A stretch of DNA of 64,000 nucleotides from Trueperaceae bacterium. GTDB lineage: Bacteria > Deinococcota > Deinococci > Deinococcales > Trueperaceae. Positions 9,730 through 20,030 of the stretch are shown in pieces; the stretch's first letter is position 1; every line of letters starts with the position of its first letter. Position numbers and translations under genes: made by a program. The DNA is taken from assembly GCA_965213705.1 (NCBI GenBank), contig OZ243913.1, forward strand, positions 1,280,001 through 1,344,000. Reading direction: 5' to 3'. The notes beneath the pieces were generated by a model. That model was not told the origin of the DNA. It did not search any database and saw only the letters and a list, made by a program, of their open reading frames with translations.

Positions 9730-11040
9730 CTAAAGCTTGCCGTCTTCCTCGAAAATTTCGGTCCAGTCTTTAACCAGTTTGTCGAGCGCCTCTTGCGCCG
9801 TTCCTTGGTCCGCCACGACGTAGTCATGCAAGCGCTTCTGCATGGCCTGAAGAAGTTCGGCGTAGGTAGGCTCTTGCCAGAAGTCTTTCACTTCGCTCAT
9901 GGCTGTCAAAAAGTCAGCCGCAAAGGGCGCTGTGTCCGCAAAGCCAGGGGATTCCAAAACGGCCCTATGCACTGAATAGCCGCCTAACGCCCACCACTTA
10001 GCCTGGATTTCGGGCTGAGCGAACCATTTGATGTACTCGAGCGCCAAGTCTTGCTTGTCCGAGTAGGCAACCACCGAGATGCCCTGCCCGCCGAGCACCG
10101 ACGCCGCGACATTTTGGGACGGGTTGACGAAGAAGCCCGTTACGTCACCCACGTTTTCATCTTTGCTAACCCCAGGGAAAAAGGCGAAAAAGTTCATCTG
10201 CATAGCGACCTGCCCCGAACTGTAGGCGTCCAGGTCTTCCGTCATGTAGGCGTCAGAGTGACCAGGCGGCGTGCAGCAGTCGTAAAGTGACTTGTAAAAC
10301 TCGAGCGCTTCGACAGCTTCTGGGCTGTTGACAAAGCCCTCCATATGGTAGGGATTCTCCGGGTCCTCGTACTGCATACCCCAGGGATACAGGGCAGCTG
10401 TCGCGCCCATCGTGATGCCTTCAGAGCCGCGCTCGGTATAGATGGCTGCGCCATAAACCGTGTTCCCATCAATCTCGCGTCCCTGGAAAAACTCGGCAAT
10501 GTCTTTTAGTTGATTCCAATCCTCGGGCACGCCTAACTCGTAGCCGTAGGTTTCCTGAAACTCCGCTTGCAACTCGGGGCGTTCGAACCAATCCTTTCGG
10601 TATGTCCAGCCGACCGCGTCACCCATTGCCGGGAGTGCCCAATACTCAGGTTCACCCTTGGGCCAAGTTGAGTAAGCTTCGACAGCCGCGGGCAAAAAGT
10701 CGTCCATCGAGATACCCTCTGCCTCGAAGAAGTCGTTCAGCTTCACGTAGTGGCCGTAGGTCGCTGAGCCGCCCAACCACTGACTGTCGCCGATAAGCAG
10801 GTCGCAAAGGTCGCCCTGAGAGTTGAGTTCGTTAAGAAAGCGGTCCGCAAAGCTTGTCCAGGGGACGAACTCGAAGTTCATCTGGACGCCTGTTTCTTCG
10901 GTAAAGTCTTTCGAGAGTTCCGCTAGAGCGTTGGCAGGGTCCCAGGCGGCCCAGCAGAGCGTTAAATCCTGCGCCTGTGCCGAGAGGAAAAAAGCAGCTG
11001 CCAAAAGGGCGATTAGGTGCCTCAACAATCTATGTTTCAT
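9730..11040 (-). CDS. Sugar/polyol ABC transporter solute-binding protein
   Basis: Signal peptide MKHRLL...SAQA followed by SBP family 1-like sequence; first gene of the operon. Confidence 0.9.
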   Translation of the reverse strand: MKHRLLRHLIALLAAAFFLSAQAQDLTLCWAAWDPANALAELSKDFTEETGVQMNFEFVPWTSFADRFLNELNSQGDLCDLLIGDSQWLGGSATYGHYVKLNDFFEAEGISMDDFLPAAVEAYSTWPKGEPEYWALPAMGDAVGWTYRKDWFERPELQAEFQETYGYELGVPEDWNQLKDIAEFFQGREIDGNTVYGAAIYTERGSEGITMGATAALYPWGMQYEDPENPYHMEGFVNSPEAVEALEFYKSLYDCCTPPGHSDAYMTEDLDAYSSGQVAMQMNFFAFFPGVSKDENVGDVTGFFVNPSQNVAASVLGGQGISVVAYSDKQDLALEYIKWFAQPEIQAKWWALGGYSVHRAVLESPGFADTAPFAADFLTAMSEVKDFWQEPTYAELLQAMQKRLHDYVVADQGTAQEALDKLVKDWTEIFEEDGKL

Positions 11041-11161
11041 AAGGTACAAGTACCCCTTCCCAAAGATTATTCGAAAAAACAGGCCCGTTTTTTCGCCTTT
11101 CAAGAACTTCCGATAAAGACGAGCGTCACGACGAAGCTGGTCACATCGGTAGATAAAAGAC

Positions 11162-11223
11162 AGTTTAGTAGTTAAACTTAAGTGAGTTTAGTAGCTAAAC
11201 TTATATTTGTCAAGGCCTAAACT
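11162..11223 (-). promoter_or_regulatory. Sigma70 promoter of the ABC-dha operon with tandem palindromic operators
   Basis: Minus strand TTGACA (11213-11208), 17 bp, TAAACT (11190-11185). AGTTTAG-N3-(C/T)TAAACT at 11162-11178 and 11185-11201; half site at 11217-11223. Confidence 0.8.
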
Positions 11224-11532
11224 TTTAACCTGGAACTTTACGAGAATTACCCTATTGACAAAAACGTTCGCGCGCAACGCCCGGTAAACCCGCTTGGGTA
11301 GGGACAGCGGCACCTTCACTCTTTACCCCGGACAGCCGACAGCCTTACTTGTACCAAAAAGCTGCTAGGTAGGCGCGTCGACAAAGTAGCTGCACATCTA
11401 ATTCCGGCAACACCGGCAGCCACACCACCCACAACGGCTTCCGCTTGACCGGCCACCCCTAAACACCCCTAGCAAGTGTTGTAGATAGCCAAGCCTAACT
11501 GTAAAGCCCTTGGGTACAACTACCTCACGCTA

Positions 11533-12159
11533 CAGCGGCTCCTCTCGACGGCGGCTTACGCCCAGCGCATCGCCCTGGGAAGCCGCGCCAGCGCCGAGCA
11601 CACGCTCGCGGACATCCGCGCCGCCCACGCGGCGGTTGAACAAGAGCGGCGGACGCGCATCCCGGACTGGGCGCACCGGGACGTGCTGTACCTGCTGGTC
11701 GACTACTCGGAGCGGGCTTTCGCCGCTCTCCAGCGCCCGCTGAGCGCAGCCGAGCGCGAGGAGCTGTGGGAGGTGTTCCGCCGCGCGGGCACCGGGCTCG
11801 GCGTTCTAAAGCTGCCGCCGAGCTACGCCGCCTGGCGAGTAGACCGAGAGCGGCACCTCGCGCGCGACCTGGTCTTCAGCGAGCACACGGCGGCGCTGTA
11901 CGCGGCCTACCGCCGTCATCTGGGCCCGTGGCGGTACGCGCTCCTGCGGCAGGTCCAGGCTGCGCTGCTTCCCGAACGTGTGCGCCGCTTGCTCGACCTG
12001 CCCCGGCGCAGCTGGCTGCGCCGGCTGCTCCCGCTCTATCCTGGGTTGGCGGAGCTGGGGCTACGCTCTGTGTTCCAGCGGGCGCTCGTCCCGCCCGAGC
12101 ACCGCGCCGCCGTGCAGGCCCTCGACCACCCAGGCGTGCGGCGGGAACACGCCGCTTAA
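11533..12159 (+). pseudogene. 5'-truncated DUF2236/MpaB-like oxygenase family gene
   Basis: Frame is open upstream of the called ORF (RLLSTAAYAQRI...IRAAHAAVE...IPDWAHRDVLYLL) with no start or RBS; abrupt GC shift near 11533. Confidence 0.6.
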
Positions 12160-13115
12160 CCCTACCCGTTTTGCCGGTCGTGCCCTGACTTTGTCCGGCG
12201 CGTGCCTTCGTCCACAAAGGAGAGACGAGGGTTGAAGCGAGTGAGCAGCATTTTTTACGATTTCTGGTCCTGCCGACCGCACCTGCTTGGTGAGGTGCGA
12301 CCCGACCTTAGGCTCGAGCCCGTCACCTGGGTGTTTGGCACAAAGTTAAGGTCAAACCTGCACTGTCGAGGTACGTCGGGTTCTCTACCCAGGCGCTCAC
12401 GGTCATGACTGTAGAAAAAGTCTTACAAAGGGTTTTTGTAGAACCCGGTTCTGTTGGTAAAGTCGTCAAGCCTTTGAAATATGATTTATGTTGCGACCAA
12501 CGGTGTCAGAACCCAGGCAAAAAGCAACGCTAAGCCGACCCTCTTCAAAAGCTCGGTCTCTGCGCGAGGACGGGTCCGACAACACCTTCCGAACGGCCCT
12601 GCCTTACAACGAGACTATCCCTTCAACTTCTTCACCGGCAACAGCCTCCAGCCAACCTTCAGCTCTCCCGTTTACCACATGGCTTTCCCACCGCTGACGT
12701 GGCACTCCGAAGCGCAGCAGGTGCACACACCCGAAGTTGCACAGGGCTACACGGTGTCGGAACTCGAGTAATTTGTCATCCCCTCGGTTAGGAGACCAAA
12801 ATCTTTACGGAGCAGCCGGTGGTGCTGAGTAAAGACGGGACGCAGGTTGGTAAATTTATCCTGGCGGAATAAGAATAGGCTCGCTCAAGCGCGGGGCGGC
12901 TTGGGCCGCCCGCCCTCAACGCACGCGCCTTGACGCAAGAGGGGCTGAGTCCGGGTTATGGTTGAAGGGTTTGCAACGCCTCGTACCAAAATGCGGGCTA
13001 CTCCAGCCGTGACCGTTGTATCCCCAGGTAGAAAGCCAGGCCGAACGGGCGCTGCTGAAAGCTGTCCCTGAAGCCAACGTGTTAGTGACGATGCGTCAAG
13101 TTGGAGGAACAGGTG

Positions 13116-13583
13116 ATGCCCAACCCGACAGCAGACTTCGACTTTTCCTGGGGTACCTTTTTTGCCGTCCTGGTAAGGCTGGGCACCGCTTATCTGATAG
13201 CTTTGCCGGTGGCGTGGCAGCGCGAAAAGTCCACGCGTATCATGGGGCTGCGCACCTTTCCCATCGTGGCTGTCGCTTGTTGCAGCTACGTGCTTATCGC
13301 TATAGGCGTTTTAGGCGAGGCGGCAGAGCCGCAGGCGCGGATTATCCAGGGTTTGATGAGCGGCCTCGGCTTTCTCGGGGGCGGGGCCATTCTCAAAGAG
13401 GGCGCGAACGTTCGGGGAACGGCCACCGCCGCCAGCGTCTGGGCAACCGGGGCGCTCGGCGGCGCGGTTGCTTATGGGCAGCTCGAGGTGGCGCTGCTAC
13501 TAAGTCTCATCACCTACTTCACCCTGCGCTTTTTGAGCCCGTTCAGAGAGCGTAAGGGCGAGGGTTCATCGGGCAACCCGTAA
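13116..13583 (+). CDS. MgtC/SapB family membrane protein
   Basis: GLRTFPIV, ARIIQGLMSGLGFLGGGAILK, GTATAASVW; GGAGG RBS. Confidence 0.9.
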   Translation: MPNPTADFDFSWGTFFAVLVRLGTAYLIALPVAWQREKSTRIMGLRTFPIVAVACCSYVLIAIGVLGEAAEPQARIIQGLMSGLGFLGGGAILKEGANVRGTATAASVWATGALGGAVAYGQLEVALLLSLITYFTLRFLSPFRERKGEGSSGNP

Positions 13584-13809
13584 GGCTTGCTGTCGGCTGG
13601 TGATTCAGGCGCAGAGCTAGTGGTTCAAGCAAAGGAGGAATCATGACGACTGCGGCGTGGTCGGTCATAGTGTCTCCGTTCTTGACGCTCGGCGATAGCA
13701 GCTTATCGTGTGTCGCCCACTGTTTCGCCCGTGCGCCGCAACGCCCCTAACTCCTCAGGCCGGTGCAGGCCGTTGAAGTCGGTGGGGAGGTGCGGCCGGT
13801 GGCGTTTGT

Positions 13810-13977
13810 CTTACCAAGGTAGTGCGGCCGCTCGAGCCTTCTTCGACGACGCGGGTGTCGCTGCCCAGCGCCTTCGCCAAAACGCCCGGCCAGCGCACCT
13901 CTTCACCGAAGCGCTTACCGCTGCCTGGGAACATAGCCCCAGCTGTTCGAACTACCGTAAATGAGTAGGCGTTTCAT
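13810..13977 (-). pseudogene. Truncated, frameshifted SGNH/GDSL hydrolase (arylesterase-like)
   Basis: MKRLLIYGSSNSWGYVP, a one-base shift, then GSGKRFGEEVRWPGVLAKALGSDTRVVEEGSSGRTT; the rest is missing. Confidence 0.7.
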
Positions 13978-14334
13978 GCCGGGTGCCTCATACCAGGTAG
14001 TGTAGCGGCTTGGGTCTGGGTCCGAGGAATTTAACCGACAGCCTTAGTCTTACCCATTACAACACCCAACGGAATCATTTATTAGGAAAGCATAGCGAAA
14101 AGCCACAACCCAACCCGCAAGCCGACGGTGACGGTCGTTAGCCTGAAACTCGTCTATAAGGGTGCGAACGCACTTGTCGTTGCGGTTGAGAACGTAGAGG
14201 AGTGCGTTACTGGTTAAGTTCTACACACTCGTTTTACCAACGTGACCCAACTGGTCTGTTCATCAGCAACATTAAAACCTCCATGCTGTATTCTGTTCTC
14301 CACACCACAAACCCTGCTCACGACCTAAACAGGG

Positions 14335-16454
14335 TTGCGTGATGACATCGCCGTAGCTGTTGGAGGTAGTCCCTTGGACGTGTTGCAAATTGATTCCGAC
14401 CTGGACGTCTTTAGCGGAATCGAGCTGCGTGACGACCTGCTCGCCGACTTGGAAAGGCGCTTGCTCGACACCGACGTCGACCTGTCGAACGCCCTGAGAA
14501 CGATAACCTCGTCGGCCGACGAGTACCAGAAGCAAGTCATCAGCGCGAGCGGCAGTCGCGTCCGCATGGTGGCGCCAGCTGGCTCGGGCAAAACTCAGAC
14601 CTAATCAACCGCGTCCTAAAGCGCGTCGCGGACGGCGTCAAGCCCAGCCGCATTTTGGTGTTGACCTTTGACAATGCGGCCGCTAAATCGCTTAAGGACA
14701 AGTTGGAAGAAAGTCTTCAGGAGGCGGACGCCAATCCTGACGGCTTCGCCATCAAGACGCTCAATAGTTTTGGTTTCGGGATACTGCGAGCCTACTTCAA
14801 AGACGAACACCGGAACATTGACCTTGCACGCGTTCGCCGCCTCATGAGCGAGGTCAAGGACGCCCTGAAGAGCCGCAGCCCCGAACGCTTCGCCCTGCTG
14901 CCGCCGTACCTCGAGCGTCGTTTTTACCTGGACTTTTTCAGTCTGCTCAAAAACAAGGTATACGACCCAAGAGACTTCAACGCTCAAGCGCTGGCGAACG
15001 ACATCCTGGCGATGCCGCAAGCAGAAATCTTTTTTGCTGTCGACCAAGCGCCTACCACGCGCATCGCCATCATCCAGAGCATTATGTGGATGTTCGCAGC
15101 CTTGGAAAAAGCCCTGCAACACAACAACCTTCTGGACTTCGACGATCAGAAGCTCCGAGCTCTCCAGTGCTTGAGGGCCGACCCCGCCGCGTTGCAGACC
15201 GTTCAAGGCCAATACACCGAAATTATCGTCGACGAGTTTCAGGACGTCAACCGACTCGACTTTGAACTCATCGGCGCCTTGGCCGAGCGGGCGACGCTTG
15301 TTGTGACGGGCGACGACGACCAGGCAATTTACGGCTTCCGCGGCTGTTCGCCGGACTACATCATCAACCTCGCGCGCTACCTGGGGTCGGTCGAGAGCTT
15401 CGAGCTCAGCAAGAACTACCGCAGTCCCAAGAACATCGTCGAGAAAGCGACGCGGCTCATCCGGCACAACACCCGGCGCATCGAAAAGCACCCCATCGCG
15501 CACCGGCAGGAGGACGCCGCCATCAAGGTGGTGGCCGCCAAGTCTTCCGTGTTCGAAGCCCGCCTGATCGTTTCCCACATCAAAAAAATCAAGAAGGGCA
15601 ACGCAGACCTCGGCTTTCGAGACTTCGCGGTTCTCTACCGGACCAACGCCCAGAGCCTGCCCATCCAGGTCGAGTTTGTACTGAACGACATTCCCTATCT
15701 CGTGCGGGACGAAGACAACATTGTCAGGAACGAGGTTCTGGAGAAGCTGCTGGCCGTTCTACGGGTCAAGCTCGCGCTGCGAACAGGCGGTGCCGTCAAG
15801 CCTAGAGACGCCGCTCTGTCGATAAGCGCCTACTTCCAGTACCTTAGCCGCCCCGAGTTTCTCCAGCTCGAGGGGCTGTTCGACTGGTCCCCGGACTACC
15901 TATCCGTCATCGGGTCGCAAGCTTTTTTCGACGTGCTCCCAAAGGCCGAGTCCAGCAACTTCGTAAAGACCCTCCTCGAAGTGGTCGACGCCAAGAGCCT
16001 GCTCGAGGCCCTCGACGTCATGGCGCGCGGCTTCAAGGGATTGCGCGGGATGATCGGCAGTTTGGAAGACGCCGTGAAAGACCGCGTGCCCTTGGGCGAA
16101 GTTTATGAGTTGGCCGCCAGCTTCAAAGGCAACACTGCGCGCTTCGTCGAGACGCTCGACAAGGCGCTCGTAAAAGCCAGAGAACTCGACTCGGGCAAGG
16201 ACGCCGCCAACGGCGTGTCGCTGCTGAGTTACTTCAAAGCCAAGGGCTTGCAGTGGCACACCGTCATTTTATCGAGCTGCAATCAGGGCCTCATCCCGCA
16301 CAAGCGAGCGCCTCTCGAGGACGAGCGCCGCCTCTTTTACGTCGCCATGACCAGGGCGTCGGCGAATTTGCTGGTCTCTCACCTGAACGAAAGCTGCACG
16401 CACAAGGTGACGCCCAGCCAGTTTCTGGCCGAGGCGGGTCTCCACGAGCCGTGA
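14335..16454 (+). pseudogene. UvrD/Rep/PcrA-family SF1A helicase split by a 1-nt deletion near 14600
   Basis: Walker A APAGSGKTQT* in ORF 14335-14604 continues as LINRV...LVLTF in the 14655 frame. VDEFQD, GDDDQAIYGFRG, KNYRS, LYRTN, KGLQW and EDERRLFYVAMTRA are present. Confidence 0.85.
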
Positions 16455-17605
16455 GCTACAAACGCAGGTGCAGGCATTGCGGGCGCACCGTCTCGCTGCG
16501 GCAGATGCCGCACGGCAAGTACGTGGCGTTCGAGGGCGGGGGTGTTCACGACTGCGCCGCGCCGCCGGCACCGCAAAAATCGCACCGGCAACCCCGAATT
16601 CGGGTGCGGACGGGTGAGGAGCCGAAAGATAGACCGGCTTCGCTTTACGACGACATCGGTTTCGAGACGTTCCGGCTTGGCGGCGTGGCACCGGTCGAAA
16701 GCTCTCCTGTTTTCGAGGAGCCGGATGGTTTTATACTGGCTGAACTCATCACACCCGAACGGGAAGAAGATGTTGGGGGAGTGGTAGAGAGCCGGCCAGT
16801 ACTGATTGAGTTGGCAGCAGCGCCGACGCCGCGCCAGCCCGAGGTCGACTCCGCGCCAGCAGCACTTATCAAATCAAGTGCCGCGGACGAAAAGCTGTTT
16901 ACTCCAACCCCTGTTGTGCCGGCTCCTCCAGAGCCCGTCGCGACGCCGCCCACGCAAAGTGTGCGTTCTACCGAGCCAAACGCCGAAACTTATGTCAAGC
17001 CGCCTCCACCCGTCATACCACCCAGGGCCAGGCGTTCTTCGGCTTGGCCCTGGGTCTTGGGCTCAAGCGCGATTCTTGGGCTTGTGCTGTGGTTGGTCGT
17101 GCAGGGTAGCAGCCCGGCGGCTGCGCCCCCAAGAGCAGCGAACTCACTTCCCGTTACCGTCGCACTGACCAGTGACCCGTCGCCCGCCACGGTGTATGTC
17201 GAGGGAGTCTACCGAGGCGAGACGCCGCTGAACCTACAGGTCCCGTCGGCTGTCGACGTGGCGTACCGGGTCGAGGCCGAAGCCAGCGGGGAAACCGCTT
17301 ACGAGCCGTTTGCCGGGGTGTTGAACGTGCGCACGAGCGACGCCGTGAGCGTGTGGCTGAACCGTGTGGCGTTACCATCCGACGGTGGTGATCAAGCTGC
17401 CCCTTCACCCTACTACCCGCCTCGACATGCCGTTCGGACTGCCGGCGGCTGGGAGTGCGTGATGGGCTACGAGCAGGTGGCGGGTCAGTGTGAGAAGCTA
17501 ACGCTGCCAGCCAACGCGCATTTTGCCGGCCAGGCTAGGTGGGCTTGCGACTGGGGCTACGCGCGTGAAGGCGAAAGCTGCGTTTTGCGGGAGGAACAAG
17601 AATAG
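16451..17605 (+). CDS. Membrane protein: N-terminal CxxC..HxC Zn finger, Pro-rich linker, one TM, PEGA-like domain, Cys-rich C-terminal repeats
   Basis: GTG overlaps the helicase TGA. CRHC...HDC; WPWVLGSSAILGLVLWLVV; SDPSPATVYVEGVYRGETPL; WECVMGY...C and WACDWGY...C. Confidence 0.7.
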   Translation: MSYKRRCRHCGRTVSLRQMPHGKYVAFEGGGVHDCAAPPAPQKSHRQPRIRVRTGEEPKDRPASLYDDIGFETFRLGGVAPVESSPVFEEPDGFILAELITPEREEDVGGVVESRPVLIELAAAPTPRQPEVDSAPAALIKSSAADEKLFTPTPVVPAPPEPVATPPTQSVRSTEPNAETYVKPPPPVIPPRARRSSAWPWVLGSSAILGLVLWLVVQGSSPAAAPPRAANSLPVTVALTSDPSPATVYVEGVYRGETPLNLQVPSAVDVAYRVEAEASGETAYEPFAGVLNVRTSDAVSVWLNRVALPSDGGDQAAPSPYYPPRHAVRTAGGWECVMGYEQVAGQCEKLTLPANAHFAGQARWACDWGYAREGESCVLREEQE

Positions 17606-17784
17606 CTCCCAGTCTTTCTACCGCCCCTCTCAAAACAGCACCCTGGGCCTCGGTTTGAGAATGACGCTTAATCGTTGTCGCCGACGACGAAGGTAAAAAA
17701 CGCGCTCACCTTTAGGTCAGCACCAGCGGGCGCATCTTAATAGAACCTACGATAGAACCTACGGTTGTAACTTACGCTCTGTGC

Positions 17785-17907
17785 TGACCAGCTCCCCTAA
17801 AACCGGTCCAGACTATATGGCTCGATAAAAAGCGTTTTGACATTGAGACGCTTGAGCCAGTCTTTTACAGCTTTAGCGCAGAATGCAGGGCCGTTATCTG
17901 ACCGGCT
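17785..17907 (-). mobile_element. IS3-family remnant (transposase core fragment plus terminal-IR-like end)
   Basis: RSDNGPAFCAKAVKDWLKRLNVKTLFIEP abuts TGACCAGCTCCCCTAAAACCGGTCCA. Confidence 0.7.
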
Positions 17908-17982
17908 ATGAGGCCGGTGCATTTTGCCAAGCGGCACCGCGTCACGTGGGCAGCACAACCTCGTCGGCGCGTATACTCTCCC

Positions 17983-19452
17983 ATGCCCTCGGTCACCCTG
18001 TTCCACAGCAACGACATGCACGGCCGCGTCGAGGCAATGGCTAAGTTGAGCACCTATGTCAAGCAAGAACGCCGACAAGCCGAGGCGGTGGGTCGCGAGA
18101 CCCTCTTTTGGGACGCCGGCGACGCCGCGGACCGGCGCTTCGAGTTCGTCGCCCTCAGCAAAGGGTCGACCTTCCCGCCCCTCCTCGCGGCGATGGGCGT
18201 CGAGCTACAAACCCTCGGCAACGACATCGGTTTGACCTATGGCCCCGAAGCGGCTTTCGAGATGGCCGCGGCGTCGCCGTTCCCGGTGCTGGCCGCCAAC
18301 TTCCGCGACGGTGACGCTCCGCTAAACCCGGCGCTGTCGGTCACCCTGGCGAGCGGGATACGCCTGGGCGTGTTCGGCCTCACCGCGCCCTGGGGCGAGC
18401 TTTACCACAGTTTCGGGTTGCACTTCCCCGACACCCTGCCGCTCGCCAAACGAATGGTCGCCGAGTTGAAAGCGCAAGGCGTCGACGCCGTCATCCTGCT
18501 GTCGCACCTCGGCTACGAGTTGAAAGACTTGCCCGACGTCGACGACCTCAAGATCGCGCAGGAAGTTCCCGAGATCGACCTCATTATTGGTGCGCACACC
18601 CACACCCTGTTGCCCGAAGGCGTGACCGTCAACGGCGTGCTGATAGCCCAGACCGGCGACTACGCACAGCGGTTGGGCCGCATCGACTTAGAGTTCGACG
18701 CGCGTCACCACCTCACGAGCAAGCGCGCGAGCGTCCTGGAGGTGCCCGCGGACACGCCGCTCGACCCGGCTGTTCTCGCCGCCGTCAGCGCCGCCGAACA
18801 AGAAGCCGAAAGGTTGAAAAGCCGTGAAGTTGGCGAACTGCTCGTCGACCTGGACCTCGACTACTTTGACGACTGCCGCCTGGGCCGCTTCGCCGCCGAC
18901 GCGCTGCGCACATACATGAAGGCCGACGCCGCCCTGGTGATGGGCGGGCTGTTTCACAGCGAATTGCATAAAGGACCGGTGACCTTGGGCGACCTGAACC
19001 GCGCCTGCTTCACGACCGCCAACCCTTGTGTCACGGTGCTGACGGGGCGAGAGCTTGTAGACGCGCTCGAGCGGGGTCTCGACCCGGCCCGGTACGACCA
19101 CCGGCACACGGCGCTCCGCGGCCCGCCGTGTGGCATTCCGCAACTGAGCGGGCTCAGGGTGTGGGTTGACCTGGCGCGACCCGTGGGGCGGCGCGTCATA
19201 CGCGCGGACATCCAAGGGCAACGTCTCGACTTAGAACACGTCTACCGGCTCGCGCACACCGACGCCGAGACCCTGGACCCCCCGGGCTACCTGCCTTTGG
19301 ACCCGGCTAGAACCACGCAGGAGACGCCGACCATTTTGCGTGAGGCGCTGGCGACTTATCTGCAAGCGCACTCGCCTTTGGCGTTGCCCGAGGCGGAGCG
19401 GTGGCATTTTTCGGGGGGTCGACTGGCAGGGGCGCAGGGCACCCATCAGTAA
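17983..19452 (+). CDS. Bifunctional metallophosphatase/5'-nucleotidase family protein, cytoplasmic, leaderless
   Basis: HSNDMHG, DAGD, LSHLG, GAHTH and a C-terminal 5'-nucleotidase domain; TATACT 5 nt before the ATG. Confidence 0.88.
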   Translation: MPSVTLFHSNDMHGRVEAMAKLSTYVKQERRQAEAVGRETLFWDAGDAADRRFEFVALSKGSTFPPLLAAMGVELQTLGNDIGLTYGPEAAFEMAAASPFPVLAANFRDGDAPLNPALSVTLASGIRLGVFGLTAPWGELYHSFGLHFPDTLPLAKRMVAELKAQGVDAVILLSHLGYELKDLPDVDDLKIAQEVPEIDLIIGAHTHTLLPEGVTVNGVLIAQTGDYAQRLGRIDLEFDARHHLTSKRASVLEVPADTPLDPAVLAAVSAAEQEAERLKSREVGELLVDLDLDYFDDCRLGRFAADALRTYMKADAALVMGGLFHSELHKGPVTLGDLNRACFTTANPCVTVLTGRELVDALERGLDPARYDHRHTALRGPPCGIPQLSGLRVWVDLARPVGRRVIRADIQGQRLDLEHVYRLAHTDAETLDPPGYLPLDPARTTQETPTILREALATYLQAHSPLALPEAERWHFSGGRLAGAQGTHQ

Positions 19453-19772
19453 AGTCTAGCTTCTCAAATTAGCGAAGTTGTTTAGTGCCCGGTCGAGAAG
19501 AGCGTTCATGACCTACACCTCGACTTCGCCCACAACTGCAGCGATGGTCGCTCTTAACCGCTTGGTAGAGCCGAGCAACGCCGCCCAGCAACCGGCAAAG
19601 TCCACGTTCCCTCCCCAAGCAGCGCAGTCTCTACCCGCAGCGGACGCAATCCTTGGTTGCTGGCGTAGGTAGCGCGTAGGGACGGTTCGAGGAGAAGGGT
19701 CGGCGAGCAGCGGTGGCGGCAATCCTGCCACGAGCCAATCCTGGCAGAACCGCCGAAGGAGCTCGGGTCCAG

Positions 19773-20030
19773 CTACTGCTCTTCGCTGATTTCTACACCA
19801 CGCTTCTTCGCAGCTCGCTTGATGCGGTCTTTGATGGTTTCAACTTCGTCCTCGTCGTATTTAGCAGCATTGTCTTCTTGGTTGATGTACCTCCAGGCGG
19901 CCCGAACATGCCCAGCGGTATCGACGGGATACTTGTTGTTCACCGGGTCGGCGAACTCGACGTCACCGTACTTGTGCTCGCCTTCCTCGGGGTTGACGTC
20001 CTCGCGAGGGTCAATCTTGGTGCTCATCAT
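19773..20030 (-). CDS. DUF6582-like small acidic protein
   Basis: YGDVEFADPVNNKYPVDT...RAAWRYINQ...IKRAAKK; AAGGAG RBS. Confidence 0.8.
   Translation of the reverse strand: MMSTKIDPREDVNPEEGEHKYGDVEFADPVNNKYPVDTAGHVRAAWRYINQEDNAAKYDEDEVETIKDRIKRAAKKRGVEISEEQ

Noticed and set aside
14335..16454. Gabija GajB assignment for the helicase
   Set aside because: No upstream OLD-family ATPase/TOPRIM (GajA) gene.
17740..17763. Tandem TAGAACCTACG duplication
   Set aside because: A single short duplication beside an IS3 scar, with no evidence of function.
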